Of a DNA stretch of 64,000 bases, positions 19,234-28,479 are shown piece by piece. This stretch comes from Candidatus Daviesbacteria bacterium (lineage in GTDB: Bacteria; Patescibacteriota; Microgenomatia; Daviesbacterales; UBA10151), in contig JAQUSJ010000001.1 of the NCBI GenBank assembly GCA_028715175.1, positions 7,760 to 71,759 of the forward strand, given 5' to 3'. The notes under the pieces are model-generated. The model did no database searches. It saw only the letters and a list, made by a program, of their open reading frames with translations, and had not been told where the DNA came from. The translations under genes were made by a program, and so were the position numbers. The stretch's first letter is position 1. Each line of letters begins with the position of its first letter.

Positions 19234-20831
19234 TGATTATGAATTATAAAGCTATTGCTTTAGTTGTCCTTTTTTTATTAGTTCTTTTTGGTGTCTATTA
19301 TTATAGTAATAGCAGTAAAAAAATATCATTACCGCAACCTGCAAATGTAAACTTAAGCGAATGGCCAAGCGCCAACCAGAATTTTTCCAACACCAGAAGT
19401 GCTTTAAATGCCACAATTGACTTGACAAATATTTCTAATTTAAAACCTTTTTGGTCATTTCCCATCAAGGGCATCAGCGAATGGGGTGCAGCCACCACCA
19501 ATCCTATTATTATTGATAATATTGTTTATTTCCAGGATCTAAAAAGCAATATTTATGCGGTGGATTTTGAATCAGGCAAACAAATTTGGGAAAAAGAATA
19601 TAACCTGGATATTGCTGGTCCAGCTGGGGTATCTATTGAAAATGGCATGATTTTTGGCATTAAGGGGCATTTTGAAATAGTTGGATTGGATTTACAAGGC
19701 AATGAGCTTTGGGCAACAAACTTATCAAAAAATCAAAATATTGGGATTGACATTCAAACTACTGCCCAGGGTGAAAAAGTTTATGTTTCCACTGTACCTG
19801 GAGTAAGTAATGAAAATTTTTATAAAGGAGGAGCCGTAGGCATTCTTTATGCTCTTGATCAAAAAACAGGTAAAATTTTGTGGAGTTTTAACACTGTTGA
19901 TTCAAAAGATATTTGGGGCAATAAAGATGTTAATAGTGGTGGTGGTGCCTGGTATCCGCCAGCCATAGATACCCAAAAAGGTATTTTATATTGGGGAATA
20001 GGCAACCCTGCTCCTTGGCCTGGCACAAAGGATTTTCCCAATGGCAGCAGCAGGTTAGGTCCCAACCTTTATACCAACAGCTTGATTGCTTTAAATCAAC
20101 AAGATGGAAAATTACTCTGGTACAATCAGGTTTTGCCGCACGATCTGTTTGATTATGATCTACAGGTATCCCCTATTCTTACCACTTTAGATATCAGTGG
20201 CAGTAAAAAAGAGGTAATTATTGGAGCAGGTAAAATGGGAAAAGTATATTTGTTTGATAGAGAAAACGGAAAAACTATCTGGGAAACAAGTGTTGGGCAA
20301 CACTTAAATGATAATTTAAAAACATTGCCAGAGGGGATAACTAAAGTTTCTCCCGGACCACTGGGCGGAGTAGAGACCAACATGGCTTATTCTGATAACA
20401 TGATTTTTGTACCCATTGTTAATATGGTGGTTGAATATACTCCTTCTGAATTTGTGGCTAAATCATTTGATCTGGGAGCTGGGAAAGGAGAACTGGTAGC
20501 TTTAGATGCCGTAAGCGGAAAAATTCTTTGGAGCAATCAATTCGATTCAATAAATGTTGGAGCAGCTACTGTGGTCAATGATTTGGTGTTTACTGCCACT
20601 TTTAATGGTAAAATTTATGCCTTCAATAAAAAAACAGGTGAGAAAGTTTGGGAATATCAAGCTCCGGGCGGAATAAATGGCTGGCCAGCAGTTAAAGATA
20701 ATACCATTATTTTTCCTGTAGGAATGGGCAAAAATCCAATACTTTTGGCTTTTAAAATAGGAGCAAATGGAATCATTCCTTCAAGTTCTCCACTACCCCC
20801 AGCAGGAGCTGGAAAAGATTTTGGACAATAA
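19233..20831 (+). CDS. PQQ-repeat beta-propeller protein (quinoprotein dehydrogenase-like)
   Basis: Repeated PQQ-like motifs (NIYAVDFESGKQIWE, ILYALDQKTGKILWS, KIYAFNKKTGEKVWE) and GGGAWYPPAIDTQKGILYWGIGNPAPW, which resembles the quinoprotein dehydrogenase signature. Confidence 0.65.
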   Translation: MIMNYKAIALVVLFLLVLFGVYYYSNSSKKISLPQPANVNLSEWPSANQNFSNTRSALNATIDLTNISNLKPFWSFPIKGISEWGAATTNPIIIDNIVYFQDLKSNIYAVDFESGKQIWEKEYNLDIAGPAGVSIENGMIFGIKGHFEIVGLDLQGNELWATNLSKNQNIGIDIQTTAQGEKVYVSTVPGVSNENFYKGGAVGILYALDQKTGKILWSFNTVDSKDIWGNKDVNSGGGAWYPPAIDTQKGILYWGIGNPAPWPGTKDFPNGSSRLGPNLYTNSLIALNQQDGKLLWYNQVLPHDLFDYDLQVSPILTTLDISGSKKEVIIGAGKMGKVYLFDRENGKTIWETSVGQHLNDNLKTLPEGITKVSPGPLGGVETNMAYSDNMIFVPIVNMVVEYTPSEFVAKSFDLGAGKGELVALDAVSGKILWSNQFDSINVGAATVVNDLVFTATFNGKIYAFNKKTGEKVWEYQAPGGINGWPAVKDNTIIFPVGMGKNPILLAFKIGANGIIPSSSPLPPAGAGKDFGQ

Positions 20832-20919
20832 AAAAGCAATTTTTCAATAAGTTCGAGAATCGTAACTCTAATATAACCACGCAATTGTCTTGTATTATCA
20901 AGGTTTTCTCTGATTATTA

Positions 20920-20980
20920 TCCTGAGCAACGCCGAAGGACTTTAGGCTTGCTATAGTCCTGAGTGAAGCCGAAGGATCGC
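20920..20980. repeat. two direct copies of a ~21-nt motif TCCTGAGYRAMGCCGAAGGA
   Basis: tcctgagcaacgccgaaggac at 20920-20940 and tcctgagtgaagccgaaggatcgc at 20957-20980. Confidence 0.35.
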
Positions 20981-21012
20981 TCAAATCAGAGAGGAAATAG
21001 AAAAAGCGCAGT

Positions 21013-21642
21013 TTATTTTATAGAAGGGTCGAGAGTTGTAGTATTCTTTATCGGACCAGGGTAACCACTAGCCCTGCTTGATGATGATGTATGTATATTA
21101 GTAGAAGCATATATCTGTCCTTCTCTTAAACCGTCTATCAGAGTTGTATGTTTTGTTTTGAATCTTTTTATTTCATCTAGTGCTTTACTCATTCTTTCCT
21201 TGTATTTCTCCTCAGTTAGCTGGGTCTTGAATTTGTCGAGTGAGTCTAAAAAATCCTTTACTAGAGTTTCAACATCTAATATTGCGCCAACCCCGCTTTG
21301 TTTATATACAGCAGGTCTCAAATTATTCCTACTAATTGCACCCCTTGCAAAATACTCATGTGCTAATCCATTTCTGAAGATATCTCGCAAAATATCAATA
21401 GGATATTCATCCTTATGAACAAAGCATTTATCAATGTATTCTTTAGAATTGTCGGTAAAATTTCCTTCTTCCCCCAGTAAGAATCCGCCAAGATACTCCA
21501 TATAAGCCAGAACACATAAAGCTAGAGGAAAGTTGATATTACCAACCGCACCGTCTAAAGCAGGAATTTCGGTTGTCATCCTTTCCAGATCATGTTTAAT
21601 CCAACCGAAGACTATTTTGTTAAGAAAAGTGTCCAAATTCAT
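21013..21642 (-). CDS. hypothetical protein with an Rx4H (HEPN-like) motif
   Basis: FRNGLAHEY fits the HEPN R-x4-6-H motif; otherwise unassigned; 209 aa. Confidence 0.3.
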   Translation of the reverse strand: MNLDTFLNKIVFGWIKHDLERMTTEIPALDGAVGNINFPLALCVLAYMEYLGGFLLGEEGNFTDNSKEYIDKCFVHKDEYPIDILRDIFRNGLAHEYFARGAISRNNLRPAVYKQSGVGAILDVETLVKDFLDSLDKFKTQLTEEKYKERMSKALDEIKRFKTKHTTLIDGLREGQIYASTNIHTSSSSRASGYPGPIKNTTTLDPSIK

Positions 21643-21729
21643 AAAATAATTGGTATATTAAGTGCCACTTGGCTCCATATTCCTAGTCTTAATCGAACTG
21701 ACAGTTTAGCCACATTAATAAAATGCTCT

Positions 21730-22416
21730 TTAGGCTAAATCCTTCTTCTTTTCTTCAAATTCTTTTTTATCTATTTCTCCTTTAGCATAACGTTCTTTAA
21801 GAATTTCTAAGGGTGCTTTGTCTTGATCTGTACTGCTTTGTTTAGTTCCTCCCAAATAACGGACTAAAGCAACAACACCAAGAATTATAAGAATCCAAAA
21901 TATAATCATAAAGATCCAACCGAACCCAAAGCCTCCCCAGCCCATCATGTTGCCCCAACCGCCGTTATAACCCATCATAGGATTTCCACCTCCTCCCGTC
22001 ATCCACCACATCATTGGGAAACCATATCCTGAAGGTAGTGGTGCGTTTGTATCGCAACCGCTTGATCTTTTACCAAGAGCTATATGCATTTGTTCTTCTC
22101 CGTTTTGACCCATCATATTCTGCATCATTTGGTTCATAACAGCATGTCTTTCAGTATTTCCGATTGATTGACCCATATAGTATTCGCCTAACACTTCATA
22201 ATCATCGTCTTTTACGCTGCTGCAAGTTATTTGCTTTGATTGCAGCTGCTCCCAAATTTGTTTTCCTTTGGCTTCGTCTTCGGCAGTTGCGGATACTTCG
22301 GAAGAGGACGTATTGGAATTATTGCCCCAGTTCATCATCCCTTGAGCTGAAGCAGAAGAAGAAAATACAGTTATTAAAATCGTAAACGCAGTTAAAACTA
22401 ACAATAGTTTTTTCAT
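21730..22416 (-). CDS. secreted Met/Gly-rich membrane protein with C-terminal SHOCT domain
   Basis: Signal peptide, Met-rich segments (MMQNMMGQ, PMMWWMTGGGGNPMMGYNGGWGNMMGWGG), TM helix, C-terminal LEILKERYAKGEIDKKEFEEKKKDL (SHOCT). Confidence 0.55.
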   Translation of the reverse strand: MKKLLLVLTAFTILITVFSSSASAQGMMNWGNNSNTSSSEVSATAEDEAKGKQIWEQLQSKQITCSSVKDDDYEVLGEYYMGQSIGNTERHAVMNQMMQNMMGQNGEEQMHIALGKRSSGCDTNAPLPSGYGFPMMWWMTGGGGNPMMGYNGGWGNMMGWGGFGFGWIFMIIFWILIILGVVALVRYLGGTKQSSTDQDKAPLEILKERYAKGEIDKKEFEEKKKDLA

Positions 22417-22420
22417 AGAT

Positions 22421-23092
22421 TTAAAAAGTAACTACTTTATCACTCTTCTTTATCAGATTATAGAGTTCTTTCATACCGCTTACCGGACAGGTTTTATCTG
22501 ATTTATCTCGATTGCAGTCATAACATGTCACCTGAATGTTGTTTTCCTCGGAACTTCCTCCTTTTGAAACAGGAATCATGTGATCAAATTCAATTTCATT
22601 ATCCTTTAAAACTTTTCCACATAATTGACATTGATTATTATCTCTCCTTACCACTCTCAACATTACATGGCGAGGGATGTTTCTTCCTACTCTCCTTAAT
22701 TTTTCAGTTTCTGTAAATGGTTCGTTTACAAAAAAAACCGGACATAGATGACCAAAAACAGAGCATGCTTTTTGTAAGTCGTCTTTTGAGTGTTTGATGG
22801 GGTAATTATCTGACTTAAATTCTTTTACTTCTTTTTCAAATATCTTTTTTCTTTCACCCGAATAAGCTTTCTTCTCTAGTTGTTGCCTAAGAAATTTATT
22901 ATGTTCTATTGCTTCTGCTCTAGTAGAACCTGGTAACGGAAACTCTTCAACCGATACACCATAAGGACAATATTTTAATTCCCAACAAGGTTTACATACA
23001 TTTTTTGTTCTCTTTTTCCATTCCTTGTCAACAACTTCATCACTGGTTTTTGGGTTAAACCCTAGAAGGGTTTTAATAAAGGGACTGATCAT
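22421..23092 (-). CDS. HNH endonuclease domain protein
   Basis: CQLCGK...EFDHMIPVSKGGSSEENNIQVTCYDCNRDK HNH motif; extra N-terminal Cys cluster. Confidence 0.7.
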   Translation of the reverse strand: MISPFIKTLLGFNPKTSDEVVDKEWKKRTKNVCKPCWELKYCPYGVSVEEFPLPGSTRAEAIEHNKFLRQQLEKKAYSGERKKIFEKEVKEFKSDNYPIKHSKDDLQKACSVFGHLCPVFFVNEPFTETEKLRRVGRNIPRHVMLRVVRRDNNQCQLCGKVLKDNEIEFDHMIPVSKGGSSEENNIQVTCYDCNRDKSDKTCPVSGMKELYNLIKKSDKVVTF

Positions 23093-23120
23093 TTTTATTG
23101 TCTTATTTGGGTCAGATTAA

Positions 23121-23382
23121 GAAAATTGAGCTCCCCCGCGTGGATTCGAACCACGAACCTTCTTCTTACAGAACTCCTTCTGTTACCAAAAGGTCTGGAC
23201 TATCTTATGTCGCCTGAGGCGACTCGGGTATATAGTCTCTACACATTTACCCCGCCATGGCGGGGATTTAGCTCGGGATTATCCTTCGATAAACTTAGGA
23301 CTTCCCCGAATTAGCCCGATTTTTCAATCCCGATTACTCGGGAAAGCTGCCTGATTAGACAGGAAGCCGCTCTACCATTGAG
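23121..23382 (-). tRNA. tRNA-Asn (GUU) interrupted by a group I intron; exons 23349-23382 and 23121-23158
   Basis: 5' exon TCCCCTGTAGCTCAATGGTAGAGCGGCTTCCTGT and 3' exon TAAGAAGAAGGTTCGTGGTTCGAATCCACGCGGGGGAG rejoin to give anticodon loop CTGTTAA (GUU). The 5' exon ends in U and the intron ends in G. Confidence 0.7.
23159..23348 (-). ncRNA. group I intron (190 nt, no ORF) within the tRNA-Asn anticodon loop
   Basis: Conserved core elements GTAGAGACTA (R) and AAGATAGTCC (S) forming P7; P/Q-like AATTCGGGGAAG and AATCCCGAGC; hairpins P2 (CCCGAGTAATCGGG), P6a (CCCCGCCATGGCGGGG), P8 (GTCGCCTCAGGCGAC); terminal G. Confidence 0.7.
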
Positions 23383-23460
23383 CTACAGGGGAATTAGGTT
23401 AATGTACAATTAAGAATGTACAATTAATAATTCAAAACATTTAAAAGTGCAATTTTACAA

Positions 23461-23844
23461 TTATCTTTTTGGACTATTCCCTTTAGTCCTCTTAATAATT
23501 GAAGTCAAAATTTTAATGATCTCTTGATTTTCTTCTAAAAGAACTTCTAACCTTGACTTGGAGATTATACCTACTTCTGCAATCATTCTCAACCAATATT
23601 CGGTTTCTCTGGCCTCCTTAAGTGCTACAGTCAAACCATAAATAAATTCTTTTCTCGAACCTGCATTTTGGGCTTCTTCTGTATTAGCTCCAATACTGGT
23701 ACCACACCTGATCAATTGATTCCCAATAGCAATTCCAGCAGAATTTCTAGGTAGGGACATAACCAATTTAACAACCCTCACTCCAAAATTAAATGTTCTC
23801 TCTCGGATGTCAAAAACTTTGTTTTCCGAGCCTGAATTGTACAT
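23461..23844 (-). CDS. four-helix-bundle protein (23S rRNA intervening-sequence protein family)
   Basis: AIGNQLIRCGTSIGANTEEAQNAGSRKEFIYGLTVALKEARETEYWLRM matches the family motif. Confidence 0.7.
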   Translation of the reverse strand: MYNSGSENKVFDIRERTFNFGVRVVKLVMSLPRNSAGIAIGNQLIRCGTSIGANTEEAQNAGSRKEFIYGLTVALKEARETEYWLRMIAEVGIISKSRLEVLLEENQEIIKILTSIIKRTKGNSPKR

Positions 23845-24103
23845 TTTACATTATACATTGTACATTATCTTTAGGGGTGAGAAATTTGTATAAACAAATC
23901 AGTCAGTATTTCAAAAATCATGTTTATTATAACTCTGCTATTCATATCCTGGTTGGGATAGGTGTAGGCATACTTTTAACTTATCCTTTGGCAGGAACTC
24001 ACCCTGTCCGTTGGGGACTTACGTTTTTGGCTTTGGGAATCTTAGGACACCTTTGTCCTTTGGTTAAAAAATAATCGGGAACATATTTAACTTAAGAAAG
24101 GAG

Positions 24104-24364
24104 GTGAAAAATATGAATCCTAATAAAACAGGCCTTGCCTTAGGTGGTCTTATGGGATTGTGGCATCTTGTCTGGGGACTGTTTGTTGCTTTTGGGATGG
24201 CCCAAATATTGCTGGATTGGATCTATTCTTTGCATTTTTTGAATAATCCATTCGCAGTCCAAAGCTTTAATGCAGTAGTGTGGCTTACTTTGGTAGTAGT
24301 AACAGCAGTAGTAGGTTATATCTTTGGCTATGTTTTTGCCGTAATTTGGAATAAGCTTCATTAA
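24104..24364 (+). CDS. small membrane protein
   Basis: Strong RBS AAGGAGGTG 8 nt upstream; three hydrophobic helices. Confidence 0.45.
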   Translation: MKNMNPNKTGLALGGLMGLWHLVWGLFVAFGMAQILLDWIYSLHFLNNPFAVQSFNAVVWLTLVVVTAVVGYIFGYVFAVIWNKLH

Positions 24365-24647
24365 TGAAGCTTGCGAGCTAATCGCTCTAAAAATCAATAA
24401 ATAGAGGTTTTATTCTAAATAGTCTCTTAACTTTTTAGCTAGAGAATCTGATACTTTATCTAAATGAACCTTTAAAAGTTCTGTTGTGGTTTTCAAACAC
24501 TTTCAAACATTTAAAAAATTTTTATCTTACAGTTGACGGATATTTGATTTAACAGTATAATACGCAAAGTAAGTAATGCTAGAACTCTTCTGAATGCGCC
24601 GCTAAAAATTCGGAGGGCTATGAAGGGAATTCTTCTTTATCGGCTGC

Positions 24648-25328
24648 TTGTCGTTTAAGTTTTCCCTTTTAATATTCATGGTAGAAAGAAGATTCAGATT
24701 AATAGTACCTGCTGCTTTGTTGGCGCTTTTGCTGCTGAGCAGTGGCGGTAAACCATCAGAAACTGATGCTGCTGAAACAGGAATTATCAGTGAAATTGCG
24801 CCAGCAAGTCTGGTTGAAGGTTATCATGAAGTTCTAGATTCAATACCTGAATTAACATCCAACCCCGAGCCAGATCCAACAGAAAAAAATCCAGCTATCT
24901 TGGATATTCCTGAACTAGGCAAGTTCTACCCAACAAATTTAGTTATGGAAGGTCCAGCTAGCACTTATTCAGTAGAAGGATGTCTTGGCTGCAGACCCGA
25001 TAGACTAATGGCTAACGGGGATCCCCTAGATAACAGTAAGCTTACTTTAGCTGCTCTGCCAGAATTTCTCCTCAATACATATGTTCTGGTAGAGAATATT
25101 ACTATAGATAATGATAATAAATTCCCTGATAATAGGGGCGGGGTAGTAGCTAAGGTGACTGACAGAGGCAGATTCCCAAAAGGGAGAATAGCAGATCTAA
25201 CATTAACCACAAATCATTTTGTACTTGGGGGCCAACCATTGCCTCAAGGAAAAACACTCATAGTAAGGCTGACTGGTTTAGAACCAATCGAATCTGTTCG
25301 AGATAATCTTATTCCAAATAATCCCTAA
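24648..25328 (+). CDS. secreted 3D-domain (MltA/RlpA-like barrel) protein
   Basis: Signal peptide; C-terminal [25 protein letters not shown] resembles the 3D domain. Confidence 0.5.
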   Translation: MSFKFSLLIFMVERRFRLIVPAALLALLLLSSGGKPSETDAAETGIISEIAPASLVEGYHEVLDSIPELTSNPEPDPTEKNPAILDIPELGKFYPTNLVMEGPASTYSVEGCLGCRPDRLMANGDPLDNSKLTLAALPEFLLNTYVLVENITIDNDNKFPDNRGGVVAKVTDRGRFPKGRIADLTLTTNHFVLGGQPLPQGKTLIVRLTGLEPIESVRDNLIPNNP

Positions 25329-26400
25329 GTTTTTTAGCCCGGGTGGGGTGCTTTAGTTTTCTAATGGCTTTTGCTTCTATTTGCCTAATACGCTCCCTGG
25401 TTACTCCAAACTCTTTCCCGACTTCTTCCAAAGTCCGCTGTTTCCCATCTTCCAATCCAAAACGAAGCTGTAGAACTCTTTTTTCCCTGGGAGAAAGACT
25501 ATTCAACACTTCATCAAGGTGAACCTTCAAAAGTTCCCGGGTGGCTTGCTCGTCCGGTTGCAATCCCTGATCGGCAATAAAATCCCCTAAATGAGAGTCT
25601 TCTTCGTCTCCCACGGGCGTTTCCAGAGAGGTTGGCTCCTGTGAAACCTTAATAATTTCCCGGGCCTTACTCTCGTCAATTCCCAGCGCTTTAGCAACTT
25701 CTTCCGGGGCCGGTTCCCTGCCCAACTCCTGCATGAGTCTCCTTTGAGTTCTATTAAATCTGTTTATTGTTTCAACCATATGTACGGGAATGCGAATAGT
25801 CCTGGCCTGGTCAGCGATTGCCCTGGTGATAGCTTGCCTGATCCACCAAGTGGCATAGGTTGAAAATTTATAGCCCCTTCTCCAGTCATACTTATCAACC
25901 GCCCTCATCAAACCGATATTACCCTCTTCTATTAAATCCAAAAGGCTCATTCCGCGCCCCACATATTTCTTGGCAATAGATACAACCAGTCTTAAGTTGG
26001 CGCTGATTAACTTATCCCGGGCTCTCTGCTCATTTTTTTCGGCTCTTTTTGCTAAATCTATCTCGTCTTGTGCTGTAAGAAGTGGAATCTTGCCTATGTC
26101 GCGTAGATACTGCCTGACAGGATCTGTAACCGAACCGCTTTCCAGAGTTGATAATACTTCCAGCTCTTTTTCCAGCTCTGTGGCAGTCTTAGTGTCGGTT
26201 TCAAGCTCTTCTGCTGTATTTTCAAACACATCAATATTTTCATTGATTAATTTGACATAAAATTCATCTAACTGCTCTATCGCTTCTTCAGGCTTAGGGA
26301 AAACTACCAGAATCTCTTCCTGGGTCACAAATCCCCGGTTTTTCCCTAGTTTAATAAGCTTCTTTATATCCAGCGGTGTTTGTTTTTTGATTTTAGCCAT
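25309..26400 (-). CDS. rpoD: RNA polymerase sigma-70 factor
   Basis: Regions 2-4: [51 protein letters not shown]-terminal HTH. Start taken at MAKIKKQ. Confidence 0.9.
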   Translation of the reverse strand: MAKIKKQTPLDIKKLIKLGKNRGFVTQEEILVVFPKPEEAIEQLDEFYVKLINENIDVFENTAEELETDTKTATELEKELEVLSTLESGSVTDPVRQYLRDIGKIPLLTAQDEIDLAKRAEKNEQRARDKLISANLRLVVSIAKKYVGRGMSLLDLIEEGNIGLMRAVDKYDWRRGYKFSTYATWWIRQAITRAIADQARTIRIPVHMVETINRFNRTQRRLMQELGREPAPEEVAKALGIDESKAREIIKVSQEPTSLETPVGDEEDSHLGDFIADQGLQPDEQATRELLKVHLDEVLNSLSPREKRVLQLRFGLEDGKQRTLEEVGKEFGVTRERIRQIEAKAIRKLKHPTRAKKLRDYLE

Positions 26401-26457
26401 AATGGTTAGTAACAAGTACAGGAGTAACAAGGCACAAGTTAAATAACTTGTTACTTG

Positions 26458-28233
26458 TTACAAATTCTTCAATTTCACCGATAAATCTCTGGCTTTTTTG
26501 CTAAGAGATTCTACTACTTCCAGTTTACCAAACTCCTGCGCATTTTTAATTTCCAAAGATAGCTTCTCCAGAGATGCCTTGATTAAAGCTTTTTTAAGTT
26601 CCGATACAACCCCGTCAAGCTCTTTTCTCCAAAACCCCTCATCAACCAGTCTTCTGTCGAGCTCTACTAAGTATAATCTATCTACCTCTGATAGCAATTC
26701 TTTTGGCAAATTTATAACAAATTCATTAATATTAAAAGCCTTGCTTTTAAAAGATATCGAATCTAAATACAATACCAAAAGTACATAAAGTTGGCGCCAT
26801 TTCTCTGCCAGGAATAATGTCTCCGGAAAACTTGGGATAAAAACTAAATCTTTTGGCGGATGCAAAAGCAGAGCGATTAAATATTCTTCCAGCAGCTCTC
26901 TTCTTGATTTGGATGGTACGATATCATCCTCTACAGTTGTCTTTTGGAAAATTGCGGTATAGCTTTGTGAGGTTGATTTGCGGATTTTTTCAACGCCGTC
27001 TCGTATGATTTTCTCTTCTGTTTTTAGAAAAGCTGACAATCTTTGAATATAACGTTCCCTGACCAGATCATCAGTGATTTTAGCCCAAATAGGCATCAGC
27101 TCTTCTCCAATCTTTTTCAAATCGTTCGGATTTTTACTGTCATATCTTTTAGCAATAGACGTTAGATAATAATCATAAATTGGCACCGCCTCTGTTATAG
27201 CTTTCTGCCAGATAGCCGGATCGGCCTTGACTGCCTGCGCAGCATCTTTATCTCCTTCAAGCTGGATCACTTTGATATTTAATCCTGCCTTATCCGCCAT
27301 CTCAATCCCGCGCCGGCTGGCGCTATCCCCTGCCAGATCCATATCAAAACCCAACAGTAAGCTTTCCGTATACTTTTTAAGTAGATCAATTTGTCCTTCT
27401 GTCAACGCAGTACCTTTGGAAGCAACTATATTTTTGAATCCTGCCTGAAAAGATAAAATCATGTCCATTTCCCCTTCTACCAGAATCGCTTCTTTTTTGT
27501 TTCTGATTTCTCCTTTGGCCAAATTAAGGCCAAATAAAAAACTGCCTTTGTCAAAAATCGGGGTCTGAGGAGTATTTATGTATTTTGGTTCGGCATGATA
27601 CAGGACCCGACCCGAAAATCCTCTTAATTTATCTTTGCTATCAAACAGCGGATAGGTAATCCTGCCTCTAAACCGGTCATAACTGTCAGATTTTGAGGCA
27701 ACCCCGAGACCCGATATCACGATTTCCTGGGTGCTAAATCCTCTCTTGAGTAAAAATTTAGTCAGGGATTCCCAGGAATTAGGAGCATATCCTATGCCAA
27801 ATTGGGAAATTGTTTCAAGACTCACACCTCTGTCTTGCAAGTATTCCAAAGCCTTTTTGCCTAATGGGTGTTTAGTTAAAATATAGTGGAAAAATTCCTG
27901 GGCTTTAAGATTGACTTCAAATAGTCTTTCTTTAAAATCTTTTTTGTCAGGGGATTTTTTTAAGGTCACTCCGGCTTTATTAGCCAGTATTTCCAGTGCC
28001 TCCTTGAATTCCATACCTTCTTTTTCCATCAAGAAAGTAAAGACATCTCCGCTTTTTTGACAGCCAAAACATTTGAAGATTTGGCGCTCGGGTGAAACTA
28101 TAAATGAGGGTGTTTTCTCGTTATGGAAAGGGCAATTTGCTTTAAAATTAACACCGGCTTTTTTTAAAGGAAGATATTCCGAGATTAAATCTACAATATT
28201 AATTTTTTCTTTAATCAGTTCGGTGTCATCCAT
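26458..28233 (-). CDS. dnaG: DNA primase
   Basis: Zinc-binding CPFHNEKTPSF...CFGCQKSGDVFTF, Toprim domain; immediately upstream of rpoD (classical operon). Confidence 0.9.
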   Translation of the reverse strand: MDDTELIKEKINIVDLISEYLPLKKAGVNFKANCPFHNEKTPSFIVSPERQIFKCFGCQKSGDVFTFLMEKEGMEFKEALEILANKAGVTLKKSPDKKDFKERLFEVNLKAQEFFHYILTKHPLGKKALEYLQDRGVSLETISQFGIGYAPNSWESLTKFLLKRGFSTQEIVISGLGVASKSDSYDRFRGRITYPLFDSKDKLRGFSGRVLYHAEPKYINTPQTPIFDKGSFLFGLNLAKGEIRNKKEAILVEGEMDMILSFQAGFKNIVASKGTALTEGQIDLLKKYTESLLLGFDMDLAGDSASRRGIEMADKAGLNIKVIQLEGDKDAAQAVKADPAIWQKAITEAVPIYDYYLTSIAKRYDSKNPNDLKKIGEELMPIWAKITDDLVRERYIQRLSAFLKTEEKIIRDGVEKIRKSTSQSYTAIFQKTTVEDDIVPSKSRRELLEEYLIALLLHPPKDLVFIPSFPETLFLAEKWRQLYVLLVLYLDSISFKSKAFNINEFVINLPKELLSEVDRLYLVELDRRLVDEGFWRKELDGVVSELKKALIKASLEKLSLEIKNAQEFGKLEVVESLSKKARDLSVKLKNL

Positions 28234-28363
28234 AGGTTTGCAATAATCCCAAAGGCCCCACGTTAATGTAAACTGAACGGGGAAGACTTCCAGGTATTGT
28301 TTGGCGCAATTCTACTCCAAAAATATCCCGAAAACAAGGGGTAGGTAGTATAATACCTGTTAC

Positions 28364-28450
28364 GGAGGAGTCACATAGTGGCCCATTGTACGTACTTGGA
28401 AAGTACGCGAGCGAAAGCTCACGTGGGTTCGAATCCCACCTCCTCCGCCA
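28364..28450 (+). tRNA. tRNA-Ser (GGA), CCA encoded
   Basis: Acceptor GGAGGAG/CTCCTCC, anticodon arm CGTAC-TTGGAAA-GTACG, long variable arm GAGCGAAAGCTC, T-arm GTGGG-TTCGAAT-CCCAC, GCCA tail; TATAAT about 10 nt upstream. Confidence 0.85.
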
Positions 28451-28479
28451 AATTACACTTTTAGTAAAGAGCGGGTTTC

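Noticed and set aside
23793-24074. 93-aa plus-strand ORF overlapping the start of the four-helix-bundle gene
   Set aside because: The non-overlapping part has no in-frame ATG/GTG start and no RBS; only a weak hydrophobic segment supports it, so it is not reported as a feature.
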